From IMG/VR virus record IMGVR_UViG_3300010052_000178, positions 1 through 45,538 of that record: a DNA stretch of 45,538 nucleotides, one strand, 5' to 3'. Below, one piece after another: positions 23,484-33,932 of the stretch. Position numbers and translations under genes: made by a program. Source of the DNA: a virus (Duplodnaviria; Caudoviricetes). Position 1 is the first letter of the stretch. The number at the start of each line of letters is the position of its first letter. The notes beneath the pieces were generated by a model. The model was given only the letters and a program-made list of their open reading frames with translations. It ran no database searches and was not told where the DNA came from.

Positions 23484-25687
23484 CCGAAGACGACAAGAAG
23501 CCTTCTGCGGGCGTAGACGATTCCGAGCTGGCCACGCTCCTCGTGGAGATGAACCAGCAGGCCGTCGGCTACCTCACGGATCAGGTTTCGGCCGATCAGG
23601 ACGACAACCTCGATCGCTACCTCGGAAAGCCTTACGGCGACGAGGAGGAGGGAACGAGCAACGCCGTATCCATGGACGTTGCCGAAGTCGTCGACTGGGC
23701 ATTACCGGATTTGCTCGAGCCGTTTCTCGCTGGCGAGCGCGTTGTCGAGTATGAGCCGTCACGCCGTGGAGACGAGGCGTACTGTGAGCAGGCGGGCGAC
23801 CTCGCCAACTACTGTTTCTATTCGGAAAACAACGGCGTGATCGTCCTCCACGACACCGTGAAGACGAGCCTCATCCAGAAGATCGGGATCGTCAAAACGT
23901 GGTGGAAGACGGAGGAGACCGAGGAGCGCCAGACGCTGTCGGGCCTTCCGAAGCCTCTCGTCGAAGAACTGCGCGCAGAAGACGGGGTGACGATCGAGGA
24001 AGAGGCTGGAGAGCCAATCAACGTGCAATCCATCGATCCGGAAGCGCAGCCGGCGTTTGCGGATGGCATGGTCTACACGGTCACGCTGACGCGGCAGAAA
24101 AAGGAAGGCCGCATTTGCATCGAGAGCGTGCCGCCCGAAGAATTCAAGGTTTCGCAGCGCGCCAAGTCTTTGGACGTCGAGTACCTTTGCCACGAGGTGG
24201 AGAAATCCAGATCTGAACTGATTGCCATGGGGTTCGACTACGATCTGGTCATGTCGCTCGCGGCGAACAAGGGGCACGAGCAGGATAGCCGAAAGGACCG
24301 GCGCTTCCCGGACGAGCAGCGCAACGAGACGGGCCACACGGCCAAGCTGTCGGACCGGCTGACGCTCTGCGAGGAATACCCGCTGATCGATCTCGACGGA
24401 TCCGGTAAGGCCAAGCGCTGGAAGGTCCATCGCGTCAACAAGACGATCCTGGAAAAGGAAGAGATCGACGAGCACCCGTTCGACGCGTGGTCTGCTGACC
24501 GCATTCCGCATCGCCTGATCGGTCTCGCGCTCGCCGACAAGGTCAAGCAGACGCAGTACGTCAAAACCCATCTCGTGCGCCAGTTGCTGGATAACGTGTA
24601 TCTGGCCAACAATCCTCGGTTCGAGGTGCCCGACCAGGCCATGGCCGAGGGAACGATTGACGACCTGCTGACGTACCGCATCGGCGGCCTGATCCGCACC
24701 AAGGGTCAGGGCGGCGCGGTGCGGCCGATCGAAGTCCCGGATCGGTCGGGAACTGCGCTGGATGCCATCACGTACATGGACAGCGTGCGCGAGCAGCAGT
24801 CCGGCATCGTGCGCAACGGCATGTCGATTTCGAGCGAGGTGGTAGACCCGAAGTCGGCAACAGAAGCCCGCAAAGAAGATCGCAACGAGCAGTCCCGCAA
24901 GCGCCTCATGGTGCGCATGATCGCGGAGACGCTGCTTGTCCCCGTCTTCCGCAAGATTCTGAAGAATCTCGTCAAATACCAGGATGCGGAAAAGACCGTG
25001 TTCCTGTCCGGCCAATGGGTGACGATGGACCCGCGCTCCTGGAATGCGGATATGCGGGCGACCGTCGCTGTGGGGCTCGGGCACTCGAACGCCGAGGAAG
25101 ACCTGCTGGCGGCACAGGTGGTGGGTCAAGCGCAGCAAATGGGCGCGGAAGCCGGCCTTGTCGGTCCCGAGCAGCTTTACGAGACTGGGAAGAAGCTCAT
25201 CAAGGCGGTGGGTTGGAAGTTCCCGGAGAAGTACTTCAAGGACCCGCGCACGCCGGAGTTTCAGCAGGAGCAGCAGGCCCGAGCGCAGCAGGCCGATCCG
25301 AAGATGGTCGAGGTCCAGGGCAAGCTGCAGATGCGGGCCCAAGAGCTTCAGATGGAGGGGCGGTTCCGGCAGATCGAGTCACAGCGTGATTTCGAGATCG
25401 AGATGCTGAAGGCTCAAGCCAAGATGGCTATCGAGCAGCAGAAGACCGATTTCGACTTCCGCGCCAAGCTCCTCCAGATCAACGCCGAGTTCGACCTGAA
25501 GCGCCAGCAGATGTTCATGGAGTTCGCGCTGCAGAAGCAGCAGATGGGCTTTGAGGCCGGAATGGCCAAGGACCAGCAGCAGATCGACGACCGGAACGAG
25601 AACCGGCGCATTGCGAGCGCCCATGAGCAGGGCCTGCAGAATGCGAAGCTGCAGAGCAAGGTGCGTTTCGGGGGCAGGATTGGATGA
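23480..25687 (+). CDS. Portal protein (P22-like with C-terminal helical barrel)
   Basis: Follows TerL. 735 aa with GIVKTWW, VPPEEF, LLDNVYLANNP and a Q-rich coiled-coil tail. Confidence 0.9.
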   Translation: MTEDDKKPSAGVDDSELATLLVEMNQQAVGYLTDQVSADQDDNLDRYLGKPYGDEEEGTSNAVSMDVAEVVDWALPDLLEPFLAGERVVEYEPSRRGDEAYCEQAGDLANYCFYSENNGVIVLHDTVKTSLIQKIGIVKTWWKTEETEERQTLSGLPKPLVEELRAEDGVTIEEEAGEPINVQSIDPEAQPAFADGMVYTVTLTRQKKEGRICIESVPPEEFKVSQRAKSLDVEYLCHEVEKSRSELIAMGFDYDLVMSLAANKGHEQDSRKDRRFPDEQRNETGHTAKLSDRLTLCEEYPLIDLDGSGKAKRWKVHRVNKTILEKEEIDEHPFDAWSADRIPHRLIGLALADKVKQTQYVKTHLVRQLLDNVYLANNPRFEVPDQAMAEGTIDDLLTYRIGGLIRTKGQGGAVRPIEVPDRSGTALDAITYMDSVREQQSGIVRNGMSISSEVVDPKSATEARKEDRNEQSRKRLMVRMIAETLLVPVFRKILKNLVKYQDAEKTVFLSGQWVTMDPRSWNADMRATVAVGLGHSNAEEDLLAAQVVGQAQQMGAEAGLVGPEQLYETGKKLIKAVGWKFPEKYFKDPRTPEFQQEQQARAQQADPKMVEVQGKLQMRAQELQMEGRFRQIESQRDFEIEMLKAQAKMAIEQQKTDFDFRAKLLQINAEFDLKRQQMFMEFALQKQQMGFEAGMAKDQQQIDDRNENRRIASAHEQGLQNAKLQSKVRFGGRIG

Positions 25688-25908
25688 ACGAGGATATTTG
25701 GCAGTTCTTTAGGGTCGAGTTGAATAGCGGCAGGCAAATATTCGCAGCCAGCAGAGGTGGTCGTGACGAGGCGCTAGAGCGCATTAGACGCGATGACCCG
25801 CTCTGGCTGAGCGATAAGGTTCACTACATCGGCGCCGGGAAAGAAAACTATCCGGGTCTCGTCTTTGTAGCTGACTTGGGCAAAACGCCTTGGGAATTCA
25901 GCAAATGA
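25684..25908 (+). CDS. Hypothetical protein
   Basis: ATGA-coupled on both sides. Confidence 0.5.
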   Translation: MNEDIWQFFRVELNSGRQIFAASRGGRDEALERIRRDDPLWLSDKVHYIGAGKENYPGLVFVADLGKTPWEFSK

Positions 25909-26213
25909 ACGATGAAGCCGCCCGAAAGCTCGCAGAGCGCGGTCGCCGGTTCCGGGAATGGTGCGAGGGGCCCGACGGTCTGTTCGCCGTGTTCTCCGCC
26001 GTCGAGCGGAACTACGCCGAGGCTCTGTTTCAATCCGACATCACCGATGCGGATCTCAGGGAAAAGGTCTGTCATCGCGTCAAGGCGCTCCGGGACCTCA
26101 AGACCGTGATGGCAACCGCGATCACCGAGGGCAAGAGCGCCGAGGCGATCATCCAGGCCATCGCCAAGATGGACGAGAAGAAGCGGGCCCGTAAGGCGCC
26201 GGCAAAAGCGTAA
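25905..26213 (+). CDS. Small head-module protein
   Basis: Lies between portal and scaffold genes. Confidence 0.65.
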   Translation: MNDEAARKLAERGRRFREWCEGPDGLFAVFSAVERNYAEALFQSDITDADLREKVCHRVKALRDLKTVMATAITEGKSAEAIIQAIAKMDEKKRARKAPAKA

Positions 26214-26223
26214 GGAACTCATA

Positions 26224-27267
26224 ATGGATGTTGCTACCCAGGGCGCGCCCAACGGCGCCGCCACGCCGACGGTCGATTCCATCGCGAACCTTTTCGAGGC
26301 GGAGATTGTTGCCGAGCGCGCTCCGCCCAAAGCCGAGAAGGAAGCGAGCGCACCGGCGGCTGAGGAGCCGCAGCCTGAAACTGACGCGGAACCGTCCGAT
26401 ACCGAGACGGAATCCGACGACGAAATTACCGCCGTTGAGGCGGAGACCGAAGACGAGCCGGAACCCGAGAGCGAGCCTTCCGAGGCCCCCGCTGCTCGGG
26501 CCATCGACGCTCCGAACGGCATGTCAGAGGCCGACAAGGCTATGTTTTCCAAGCTGCCCCAGGACATCAAAGCCTGGATCAGCGGCCGGGAAGCGCAGCA
26601 GACGGCAGATTACACGCGAAAGACGCAAGAGGTCGCCGAGCAGCGCAAGGCGGTCAAATCAGCGTCGGACGCATTGGTGGGAAAGCTCCAACAGTACGAT
26701 CAGATCCTCGCCCGCTTCACGGACGTCGAGATCACGCCTCCCGACCCAGGGCTGCGCCTCACGGACCCGGCTGAGTATGAGGATCAGCTCGCGAGCTACG
26801 TCCACCGGAAAGATCTTCAGGAGAAAGCTCGGGCTGAGCGCGCTCGCAACGCCAAGGAAAATGAGCAGCTGACCAGGGAGATGATGCGGGAGTATCTGGC
26901 CGAACAGGCCCAGGAACTTCAGCGGTTGGCCCCTGATCTGGCCGCGAATACCCCCAAAGCGGCGGAGATGCGGAAGGCCATCCACAAATACGGTGTCGAT
27001 TCCGGCTACACGCCGGAGATGCTCGCCCAAGCCTCGGCGCGAGACATCGTGACACTGTGGAAAGCACAGCAGTTCGACGCGGCGCAGAAAGCCAAGGCGA
27101 ACGTGAAGGTTGTGCCGAAGCCAGCCCCGAAGATCGCAGCCCCTGGACCTGCCAAAGGCGGACGCCCGTCAAACTACGCCAAGGCGGTTCAGGACCTCAG
27201 CAGCAACCCGTCCGTCGACGCCCTTGAAGCGGCGTTCCTGGCGGAGCTTCAATCGGAGAAGCGATAA
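26224..27267 (+). CDS. Capsid scaffolding protein
   Basis: Acidic N-terminus, ADYTRKTQEVAEQRK, DPAEY, directly upstream of the capsid gene. Confidence 0.85.
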   Translation: MDVATQGAPNGAATPTVDSIANLFEAEIVAERAPPKAEKEASAPAAEEPQPETDAEPSDTETESDDEITAVEAETEDEPEPESEPSEAPAARAIDAPNGMSEADKAMFSKLPQDIKAWISGREAQQTADYTRKTQEVAEQRKAVKSASDALVGKLQQYDQILARFTDVEITPPDPGLRLTDPAEYEDQLASYVHRKDLQEKARAERARNAKENEQLTREMMREYLAEQAQELQRLAPDLAANTPKAAEMRKAIHKYGVDSGYTPEMLAQASARDIVTLWKAQQFDAAQKAKANVKVVPKPAPKIAAPGPAKGGRPSNYAKAVQDLSSNPSVDALEAAFLAELQSEKR

Positions 27268-28238
27268 TGGCCGCGATTACCAACGTCTTCACGACCGCGA
27301 CTGCCAAGGGCATCCGCGAAGATCTTACCGACAACATCCACCGTGTGGATGTTGAGGACACGCCGTTCATGAGTGCCGTCGGCACGACTACGGCGACCAA
27401 CACCATCCACGAATGGCAGACGGAAGCTCTGTCGGCCGTGGCTCAGAATGCCAAGCCGGAAGGTCAGGTCACGAGCAGAACGGCTGCGATCAACACCGTG
27501 CGTCTCTCGAACATCTGTCAGATCGCCGAAAAGAACGCGACGGTGTCGGGCACGATCGAGTCCGTGAACAAAGCCGGCCGCGACAAGGAAATGGCCCGCC
27601 AGCTTGCTCTCAAGAGCATTGAGCTGCGCAAGGACATGGAGTACGCGCTGGTCACCAATCAGGCATACGACACGGCCGCGTCTGTTGGTGGCGAGACCGT
27701 GCGCACGCTGCGGAGCTTCGAGGCCTGGATCCGCACGAATACGAGTCGTGGCGGAGGTTCCGCTGCTGACCCTGCCGATCCGACCGTCACGCCGGGGACC
27801 ACGGCCACGGATGGCGATCAGCGGGCGTTCACGGAAACGCTCCTCCTCGATACGCTGCAGCAGGTCTTCGAGTCCGGCGGCAACGTGAAGATGGCGTTCA
27901 TGGGCGCGTACAACAAGCGCGTCGCCTCGACCTTCGCCGGCCGCTCGATCTCGCAGATCCAGGTGGGCAAGAGCACGGTTCACCAGGCCGCAAACCGCTA
28001 CGAAAGCGACTTCGGCACCATCGAGTTCGTGCCGCACCGCTACTCGCGTGCGCGCTCGTGCCTCCTCGTGGACCCGAGCAAGGTCAAGGTGGCCTATCTG
28101 CCCAATCGCCGCTTCCACCGCTTCCAGCTCGGGAAGGTGGGCGACGGCGACACCAACGTGATCCTCTCGGAGTTCACGCTCGAGATGAGCAACGAGAAGG
28201 CACACGGCATCGTCGCTGACCTCACGACCTCCGCGTAG
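27267..28238 (+). CDS. Major capsid protein (DUF5309/SU10-like)
   Basis: REDLTD.I......TPF.S......TNT.HEWQT...N.CQI..K...VSGT...ELRKDMEYAL...EFTLE..NEKAHG. Confidence 0.9.
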   Translation: MAAITNVFTTATAKGIREDLTDNIHRVDVEDTPFMSAVGTTTATNTIHEWQTEALSAVAQNAKPEGQVTSRTAAINTVRLSNICQIAEKNATVSGTIESVNKAGRDKEMARQLALKSIELRKDMEYALVTNQAYDTAASVGGETVRTLRSFEAWIRTNTSRGGGSAADPADPTVTPGTTATDGDQRAFTETLLLDTLQQVFESGGNVKMAFMGAYNKRVASTFAGRSISQIQVGKSTVHQAANRYESDFGTIEFVPHRYSRARSCLLVDPSKVKVAYLPNRRFHRFQLGKVGDGDTNVILSEFTLEMSNEKAHGIVADLTTSA

Positions 28239-28251
28239 CCTCGCCGCGCCT

Positions 28252-28278
28252 GGGGAGGGTTTCGGCCCTCCCCTTTTT
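28252..28278 (+). terminator. Terminator after the capsid gene
   Basis: GGGGAGGGT-TTCG-GCCCTCCCC-TTTTT. Confidence 0.9.
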
Positions 28279-28291
28279 CATGGAGTAACGC

Positions 28292-28480
28292 ATGGCACGA
28301 CCGAAACGTGAGCCGGACATGATCGACGACGCGCCCCAGGGGGAACCGTGGATCAAGATCCGGGTCAAGCACTACAAGATCTTCACGAGCCAGGGCCGCT
28401 TTATCGAAGGGTGGATCCGAGAGCTTCCAAAGGCAGAAGCAGAGGACTTCATCGCGAAGGGGCACGCCGTTGCAGTTTGA
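28292..28480 (+). CDS. Small virion-module protein
   Basis: GGAG RBS; follows the capsid gene. Confidence 0.6.
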   Translation: MARPKREPDMIDDAPQGEPWIKIRVKHYKIFTSQGRFIEGWIRELPKAEAEDFIAKGHAVAV

Positions 28481-28775
28481 GGATTGGACGCTCCACCCCT
28501 CGCTCTGCCGGCCGGGTAAGCGCGTCTATAGCCGATTCGAGCCAAACGGCGATCTCGTGTTCATGGAGGAGTTCGACGATGAGCTCGCCATCGAGCAGGC
28601 CGCTCATCAGCGCGAGTTCAGCAGCGGCAAGGACATGCGGAACATGGCCGTCATTCCCGACAGCGTGAAGGCGAGGGCCCTGCGCGAAGGCTGGTACTGG
28701 GATGACACCGCCTGGAAGCGCTGGATGAACGACATCGACAACCGGAAGCTTCGGGTGGCCGGAGGGCGCGTCTGA
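28470..28775 (+). CDS. Small virion-module protein
   Basis: MAVIP...KRWMND.DNRKLRV..GRV motif in post-capsid position. Confidence 0.7.
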   Translation: MQFEDWTLHPSLCRPGKRVYSRFEPNGDLVFMEEFDDELAIEQAAHQREFSSGKDMRNMAVIPDSVKARALREGWYWDDTAWKRWMNDIDNRKLRVAGGRV

Positions 28776-29494
28776 TGGGCTTCGCCTCCTACGCCGAGCT
28801 CAAGGCAGCGGTTCAGCGCCTTGTCCTGCGCACGGGAGACGCGATCTTCGAAGCGGATTTCTCGCGGCAAGTGATGTTCGCCGAGCAGCGCATCAATTAT
28901 GGGGCGGATGTGCCGCTGCAATCCCCACCGCTGCGCATCCGCGGCATGGAGAAGACGGTTTCTCTCAACGTGGCCGCCGGCGTGACGACGCTTCCGGCCG
29001 ACTATCTCGCTACCAAGCGCCTGACCTGGAACGGGGACGTGGCGTTTCCGCTGCGCTACCGCACGCCCCAGGAATTTTGGGACAACCGGCTCATCGGATG
29101 CGGTCTCCCGGCTGTGTTCACGGTCGAAGGCGACACGCTGACGATGTCGCCTGAAGCCACAGGCACCGTGACGCTGACCTATTACGCGAAATTCGCTGCC
29201 GTCGAGACGGAGGACACGATCACGGACCGGACCGGCAGCGCGGTTCTCACGAGCGCAAATGAAACCATCACACAGCGCACCACGGCTCAGTCCAACTGGC
29301 TGATGGAGAACGCGCCGGCCGTCGTCATGAACGCCGTTCTGATCGAGTCCTGGAAGTTCCTGCGCAACAACGAGCGGGCCCAAGAAGCCTATGCCGAGTT
29401 CGTGTCAGCGATCGGCGGGCTGAACCTCACGGACATCAAGTCCCGCACCCCAACAACCCTCGCGCCGAGAATTAGAGGAGCACGCATTCCATGA
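28775..29494 (+). CDS. Head-tail adaptor protein
   Basis: YAELKAAV...FAEQRIN...LRIR.ME...LPADYL...SNWL.ENAP. Confidence 0.8.
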   Translation: MGFASYAELKAAVQRLVLRTGDAIFEADFSRQVMFAEQRINYGADVPLQSPPLRIRGMEKTVSLNVAAGVTTLPADYLATKRLTWNGDVAFPLRYRTPQEFWDNRLIGCGLPAVFTVEGDTLTMSPEATGTVTLTYYAKFAAVETEDTITDRTGSAVLTSANETITQRTTAQSNWLMENAPAVVMNAVLIESWKFLRNNERAQEAYAEFVSAIGGLNLTDIKSRTPTTLAPRIRGARIP

Positions 29495-30054
29495 TTGCCA
29501 ACATGCACGGCATGACCGTCGACGGCCGATGGGTGCCGATGATCGTCGGTGACCAGGGGTTTGGCGCCGGGGCAGGCGGCGGCCTTGCTCCGTCGGCATC
29601 GCCGCTCGCCAACGGTTGGTCGTACGCCGCTGCTTCGGGCGGCATTGAGGACACGTCTGACGTGGCCATAAAGGCAGCGGCGGGCATCGGGCGGTCAAAC
29701 TATCTGTCTCAGATCGAGATCGTGAACATAGACGCGTCAGTGGCGACGGAGGTCGTCGTCAAGGACGGCTCGACCGTGATCTGGCGCTCGCATTTCCCGG
29801 CCAAGGCTGCCAGCACAACCCCGGTTCCGGCGCAGTTCAATTTCAATCCGCCGCTCGTCGGCTCTCAAAACACGGCTCTGAACGTCGCCTGCATCACGAC
29901 GAGTGCGCAGGTCTACGTGAACGCCCGCGGCTTTGTTGGCGGCGCCCCGAACCAAGTTGAACTGAACACCAACACGCCTGACGAAATCTACAACCGCATC
30001 GGCGACCTTGTAACTGATCGCGCCGGCTCAACCCTCACCCTCAGGAGCAACTAA
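29491..30054 (+). CDS. Virion structural protein
   Basis: Beta-rich ORF with AGAGGAG RBS in the structural operon. Confidence 0.65.
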   Translation: MIANMHGMTVDGRWVPMIVGDQGFGAGAGGGLAPSASPLANGWSYAAASGGIEDTSDVAIKAAAGIGRSNYLSQIEIVNIDASVATEVVVKDGSTVIWRSHFPAKAASTTPVPAQFNFNPPLVGSQNTALNVACITTSAQVYVNARGFVGGAPNQVELNTNTPDEIYNRIGDLVTDRAGSTLTLRSN

Positions 30055-30055
30055 A

Positions 30056-30706
30056 ATGGCTGCGATCCATAGCCTCACCGACACCTGGAACAATGGCGCG
30101 ACGGCGTTCGATGCCATCAAAATGAACGTCACGGATTCGGCCTCGGACGCTGCGGCTAAACTGCTGAACCTTCAGGTTGGTGGCACGCCAAAGTTCACCG
30201 TGGACAAGGACGGTGACGTAGTTGCCGCTGGAACGCTCGGCGTGACCGGAGACGTGGCTGTCAACACGGACAAATTCACCGTTGCCGCCTCGTCGGGCAA
30301 CACGGTCATTGCTGGTACTGCCGCGATCGCTGGCGCAACCACGGTGGCAGCGGCCCTCAAGTCGTCTCACGCGACCTCGGGGCTCGGGTACGCCACGGGC
30401 GCGGGCGGCACGGTCACCCAGGGCACCAGCCGCACCACTGGTGTTACGATCAACAAGGCGTCGGGCGCCATCACGCTCGTCTCCGCAGCGGGCTCGGCAA
30501 CCGCTGCAACATTCACCGTGACCAACAGCGCGGTTGCTGCAACAGACGTCGTGATCGTCTGCCAGAAGTCTGGCACCGACAAGTACGACATCAAGGTCAC
30601 GGCGGTCGCTGCGGGCAGCTTCGACATCACCTTCAACACCACGGGCGGCACCACGACCGAGCAGCCGGTGTTCAACTTCGCCGTCATCAAGGCCGTCGCC
30701 GCGTAA
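30056..30706 (+). CDS. Virion structural or fibre protein (Thr/Ala/Gly-rich)
   Basis: GLGYATGAGGTVTQGTSRTTGVTINKASGAIT...VFNFAVIKA. Confidence 0.75.
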   Translation: MAAIHSLTDTWNNGATAFDAIKMNVTDSASDAAAKLLNLQVGGTPKFTVDKDGDVVAAGTLGVTGDVAVNTDKFTVAASSGNTVIAGTAAIAGATTVAAALKSSHATSGLGYATGAGGTVTQGTSRTTGVTINKASGAITLVSAAGSATAATFTVTNSAVAATDVVIVCQKSGTDKYDIKVTAVAAGSFDITFNTTGGTTTEQPVFNFAVIKAVAA

Positions 30707-32182
30707 ATGCGCGACAAGAAGATCATCCCGTTCGGGGAGTACGCCCCGGACCAGTCCAAGATCGGAGGGCAGTCGCCGCTTGCCAAAGGCGTGCTGCCTC
30801 TCTCGGGACGGTATTCGCCGCTCCCAGATCTGCAACAGGTCCGAGCCGGATCGATGCTCAACGACCCGTGCCTCGGCGGGAAAAGCTTCTACGACTCGAA
30901 CGGGTTTCCGGTCGTCTTCCTGGGAGATCAGGGGCGCCTCTACCGCGTCAACGGCAAGATCCCGACGGATGTCTCCAAGTCAGGGGGCTATTCGTTCTCG
31001 TTCGACTGGGGTGTGACGTTCGAGCAGTTCGGCAACAACGTCATCGCAGTGGGCCGCGGTGAAAACCCGCAGCGCTACGTCATGGGCTCGTCTTCGGTCT
31101 TCGCCGATCTCGAGAACGCCCCTCAGGGCGACACGGTGTTCCGCATCCGCCAGCATCTGTTCATCTGCTCGGGCAACATCGTGAACTGCTCGGCGTTCAA
31201 CAACATCACAAGTTGGGAGCCTGATTTCGCCACCCAAGCCTTCCAGGGCGAGGTCAATCAGGCCAACGGCTTGATCGTTGCGGGATGGGGTGGGGAGCAG
31301 GGCGCCATCTTTCAGGAGCGGGGTATCGTTCGCCTGACCTACACCGGGGCGGGTGCTCCTTTCATCTTCGACGAGGTGGAAGGCGGCCGCGGCGTGTGTG
31401 GGCCGAACGCCTGGAGCCCGTGGGGCAAGATTGCTTTCTGCGTGGCAGAGGACGGGTTCTATACCTTCGACGGTCTGGCGGCGTCTCCGATCGGTGCTAA
31501 TCGCGTGGACCGGTATTTCTCGAACCGGCTCAACTACGGCTATCGCCATAAGGTCTGGTCCGCCATCGACGCCCGGCGCAAATGCTGGATGGTGGCGTTC
31601 CCGACCGAGGGCGCCATCTTCCCGAACGAGCTGCTGATCTACTCGTGGGCCGACGACAAATGGACCCTCGACGAGTTCGACTCTCAGTTCGGTTTCGAGA
31701 TCCACCGGGAGCCCGTCAACGCCGACGACGAAGCCGGACTGATCGAGATGTTCGGAACCGCCAACGCCGACGATCCCGTGTTTGCCAACGTGAGCGCGGA
31801 TAGCCCACAGTTCCGAGAGAGCCGGAAGGAATGGGCGGTCGTCGACGGCGACCGGAGGCTGTGCCAGTTCACGGGCGCGAACCGCGCCGCATCGCTCTCG
31901 ACGGCAACCTATGAGGTGGCAGGACGGAAAACGTTCGTCTCGGAAGTCTGGCCGATCGTCGACGCTGCCCCGGAGCATGTCACGGCCCAGGTTGCGACGA
32001 GACTGCGACGGCTGGATGAGGTCGAAACGGTTTCAACCGAGTCCCCGATGAATTCCGAAGGGTTCTGCCCAGTTTACGCCGAGGGGCGCTATCAGCGCGG
32101 CATCGTGAACATTGCCGAGGGTGCGTCTTGGACGGAGGCGACGGGCATCCACACCGACGCAGGAGAGAGCGGTGAGCGCTGA
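30707..32182 (+). CDS. Tail nozzle / DNA stabilisation protein (P22 gp10-like position)
   Basis: IPFGEYAPDQ N-terminus, beta-propeller-like composition, podovirus gene order. Confidence 0.7.
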   Translation: MRDKKIIPFGEYAPDQSKIGGQSPLAKGVLPLSGRYSPLPDLQQVRAGSMLNDPCLGGKSFYDSNGFPVVFLGDQGRLYRVNGKIPTDVSKSGGYSFSFDWGVTFEQFGNNVIAVGRGENPQRYVMGSSSVFADLENAPQGDTVFRIRQHLFICSGNIVNCSAFNNITSWEPDFATQAFQGEVNQANGLIVAGWGGEQGAIFQERGIVRLTYTGAGAPFIFDEVEGGRGVCGPNAWSPWGKIAFCVAEDGFYTFDGLAASPIGANRVDRYFSNRLNYGYRHKVWSAIDARRKCWMVAFPTEGAIFPNELLIYSWADDKWTLDEFDSQFGFEIHREPVNADDEAGLIEMFGTANADDPVFANVSADSPQFRESRKEWAVVDGDRRLCQFTGANRAASLSTATYEVAGRKTFVSEVWPIVDAAPEHVTAQVATRLRRLDEVETVSTESPMNSEGFCPVYAEGRYQRGIVNIAEGASWTEATGIHTDAGESGER

Positions 32183-33134
32183 CGGCGGCGGCTCCCGGTT
32201 CCTTTATCCAACCGGAAAAACGGTCGAGCACCTGTACCAGACCCTTCGGGTCCTGATCGATACGCTGAACCGAGAGCAGAAAAGCGACGAGGTCGATCTC
32301 ACCGCCCTCCAGGAGGCGATCGAGGCGGCGCAGAACACGCTGAACGAAATAGAGCTCAACGGAGCGCTGACCCCTCAGCAGGAGTTCGAGCTGTCGCTCG
32401 TGACGGCCGTGGATACCATGCTGGGATCAGTGTCGAGCATGGTGCTCGATACGATCAAGCGCAGCCAGGACGCGGCGGCCGCAACGATCCGGGCGCTGCT
32501 CGAGGGGCAAAAGAACAAGGTTGCGATCCGCGTCGAGCAAAAAGCACGGCTCACCGAGCAGGAAGCGTTCGTATCGCAGCTGACGACTTTCGAGGCGCAA
32601 CTCCTCAACGCCTTGGCATCCATTACGCAGGAGACAACGGCCCGCACCAACGCCGACAATGCTCTGGCGCAGGTAGACCAGACTATTACGACGGCCCTCA
32701 ACGGCAATATTGCGCAGGTGCAGATCCTCGCCCAGTCCGTCGACGGTATCGAGCAGAAATTCGCGGTGACGCTCAACCAGAACGGTCAGGTGACCGGCCT
32801 TGTCCAGCTCGACGGAACAGCTGCGGGAAGCACGTTCACCGTGGTTGCGGACAAGTTCCAGATCGCCCAGCCGGACCAGACAGGCGGAACCCCGAAGACT
32901 GTTTATTCGATTGGGAACGTCAACGGGGTGCCGACGCTCGTGTTCGCGGGGGACATGTACGGAGACGGGACTATCACTGCGCAGAAGCTCAACGTCGCGT
33001 CGATCGCAACACTTCGAATCTCGGACCCGGCGAACACCTACTATTGGGACTTCGCAAACGGACGAGAGGGATCGACGGACGGTAAAGCGACGATCGACAT
33101 CAAGAACCGGCGAATTCTGTTTCTCGGTACCTGA
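32172..33134 (+). CDS. Tail tip/fibre protein (DUF1983-like)
   Basis: ITQETTARTNADNALA...SVDGI..KFAV.LN.NG.V.G.......S.F.V.ADKFQI...DGTITAQKL. Confidence 0.75.
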   Translation: MSADGGGSRFLYPTGKTVEHLYQTLRVLIDTLNREQKSDEVDLTALQEAIEAAQNTLNEIELNGALTPQQEFELSLVTAVDTMLGSVSSMVLDTIKRSQDAAAATIRALLEGQKNKVAIRVEQKARLTEQEAFVSQLTTFEAQLLNALASITQETTARTNADNALAQVDQTITTALNGNIAQVQILAQSVDGIEQKFAVTLNQNGQVTGLVQLDGTAAGSTFTVVADKFQIAQPDQTGGTPKTVYSIGNVNGVPTLVFAGDMYGDGTITAQKLNVASIATLRISDPANTYYWDFANGREGSTDGKATIDIKNRRILFLGT

Positions 33135-33932
33135 ATGGGAGACCACCTTTGCATAGGTCCTGACCGGATCGCCGTCTGGACGGGTGGCACCGACCTCGGG
33201 CCGGTGGACACGCCGAGCAGCTACCCGGCGCGCGTCAGGCTCAATTCCACGCAGGATCTTATTGGCTTCTACCCAACGGCCCGCACGGGAACGGTGTCCG
33301 GTACTGAGTGGCTTGCGACCGAGAATAACGCGAGGAAAATCACGCTCTTCGCGCACGGCCTCGACTACCGTCCATTCCTCTTTGGCCATGTTACGGTTGG
33401 CGGCATAAATCTCCCGATCCAGGGGTCGATCCTCGTAGATGGCGGCGGACATTGGTTCTGGAGCTATTCGATTGGAGCGGATGCGACTGTCGTCTATCTC
33501 AACATCATGCGCGCCTCTAGCACATATGGCGTTCCGCCGACAATCTCGTACACGCTCCACATCGCTAACTATGGCGTGAATGCAAATGGGAGCCTTCGCC
33601 GGCCGCCATACTTCAACGGCGTCGATGCCAATGCCGGGGTGTCGCCTTCATATCTGAAGGCTGGGTACATCGATACCGCGTATCGGTACCCCTATCGGAA
33701 CGCATCCGGAGCGACTCCCATCGCAAATGGGCGAACAATTGCGTCAGGCGTTGGCTGGACTGGCGCTGGAGCAGGAAACTCCGGCGGCTTTAGCCGGAAC
33801 TCCATTGGTTTTGGCTGGAGGTACTCGGTGCAGGGCCATGTCGTAAGACGAAACGCGATTAGCTCGTCGGTGTCTGGCGCAGTAGGGATCGACGCGAGCT
33901 TCAACGCATCGGTCACGAGGCTATCGATTTGA
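33135..33932 (+). CDS. Tail protein
   Basis: Adjacent ORF in the tail module. Confidence 0.6.
   Translation: MGDHLCIGPDRIAVWTGGTDLGPVDTPSSYPARVRLNSTQDLIGFYPTARTGTVSGTEWLATENNARKITLFAHGLDYRPFLFGHVTVGGINLPIQGSILVDGGGHWFWSYSIGADATVVYLNIMRASSTYGVPPTISYTLHIANYGVNANGSLRRPPYFNGVDANAGVSPSYLKAGYIDTAYRYPYRNASGATPIANGRTIASGVGWTGAGAGNSGGFSRNSIGFGWRYSVQGHVVRRNAISSSVSGAVGIDASFNASVTRLSI

Noticed and set aside
23759-25342. 527-aa antisense ORF over the portal gene, and similar long shadows at 14846-16171, 27249-28205, 30980-31978 and 32427-33560
   Set aside because: High-GC codon bias leaves the antisense frame of real genes open, and the translations lack recognisable motifs.
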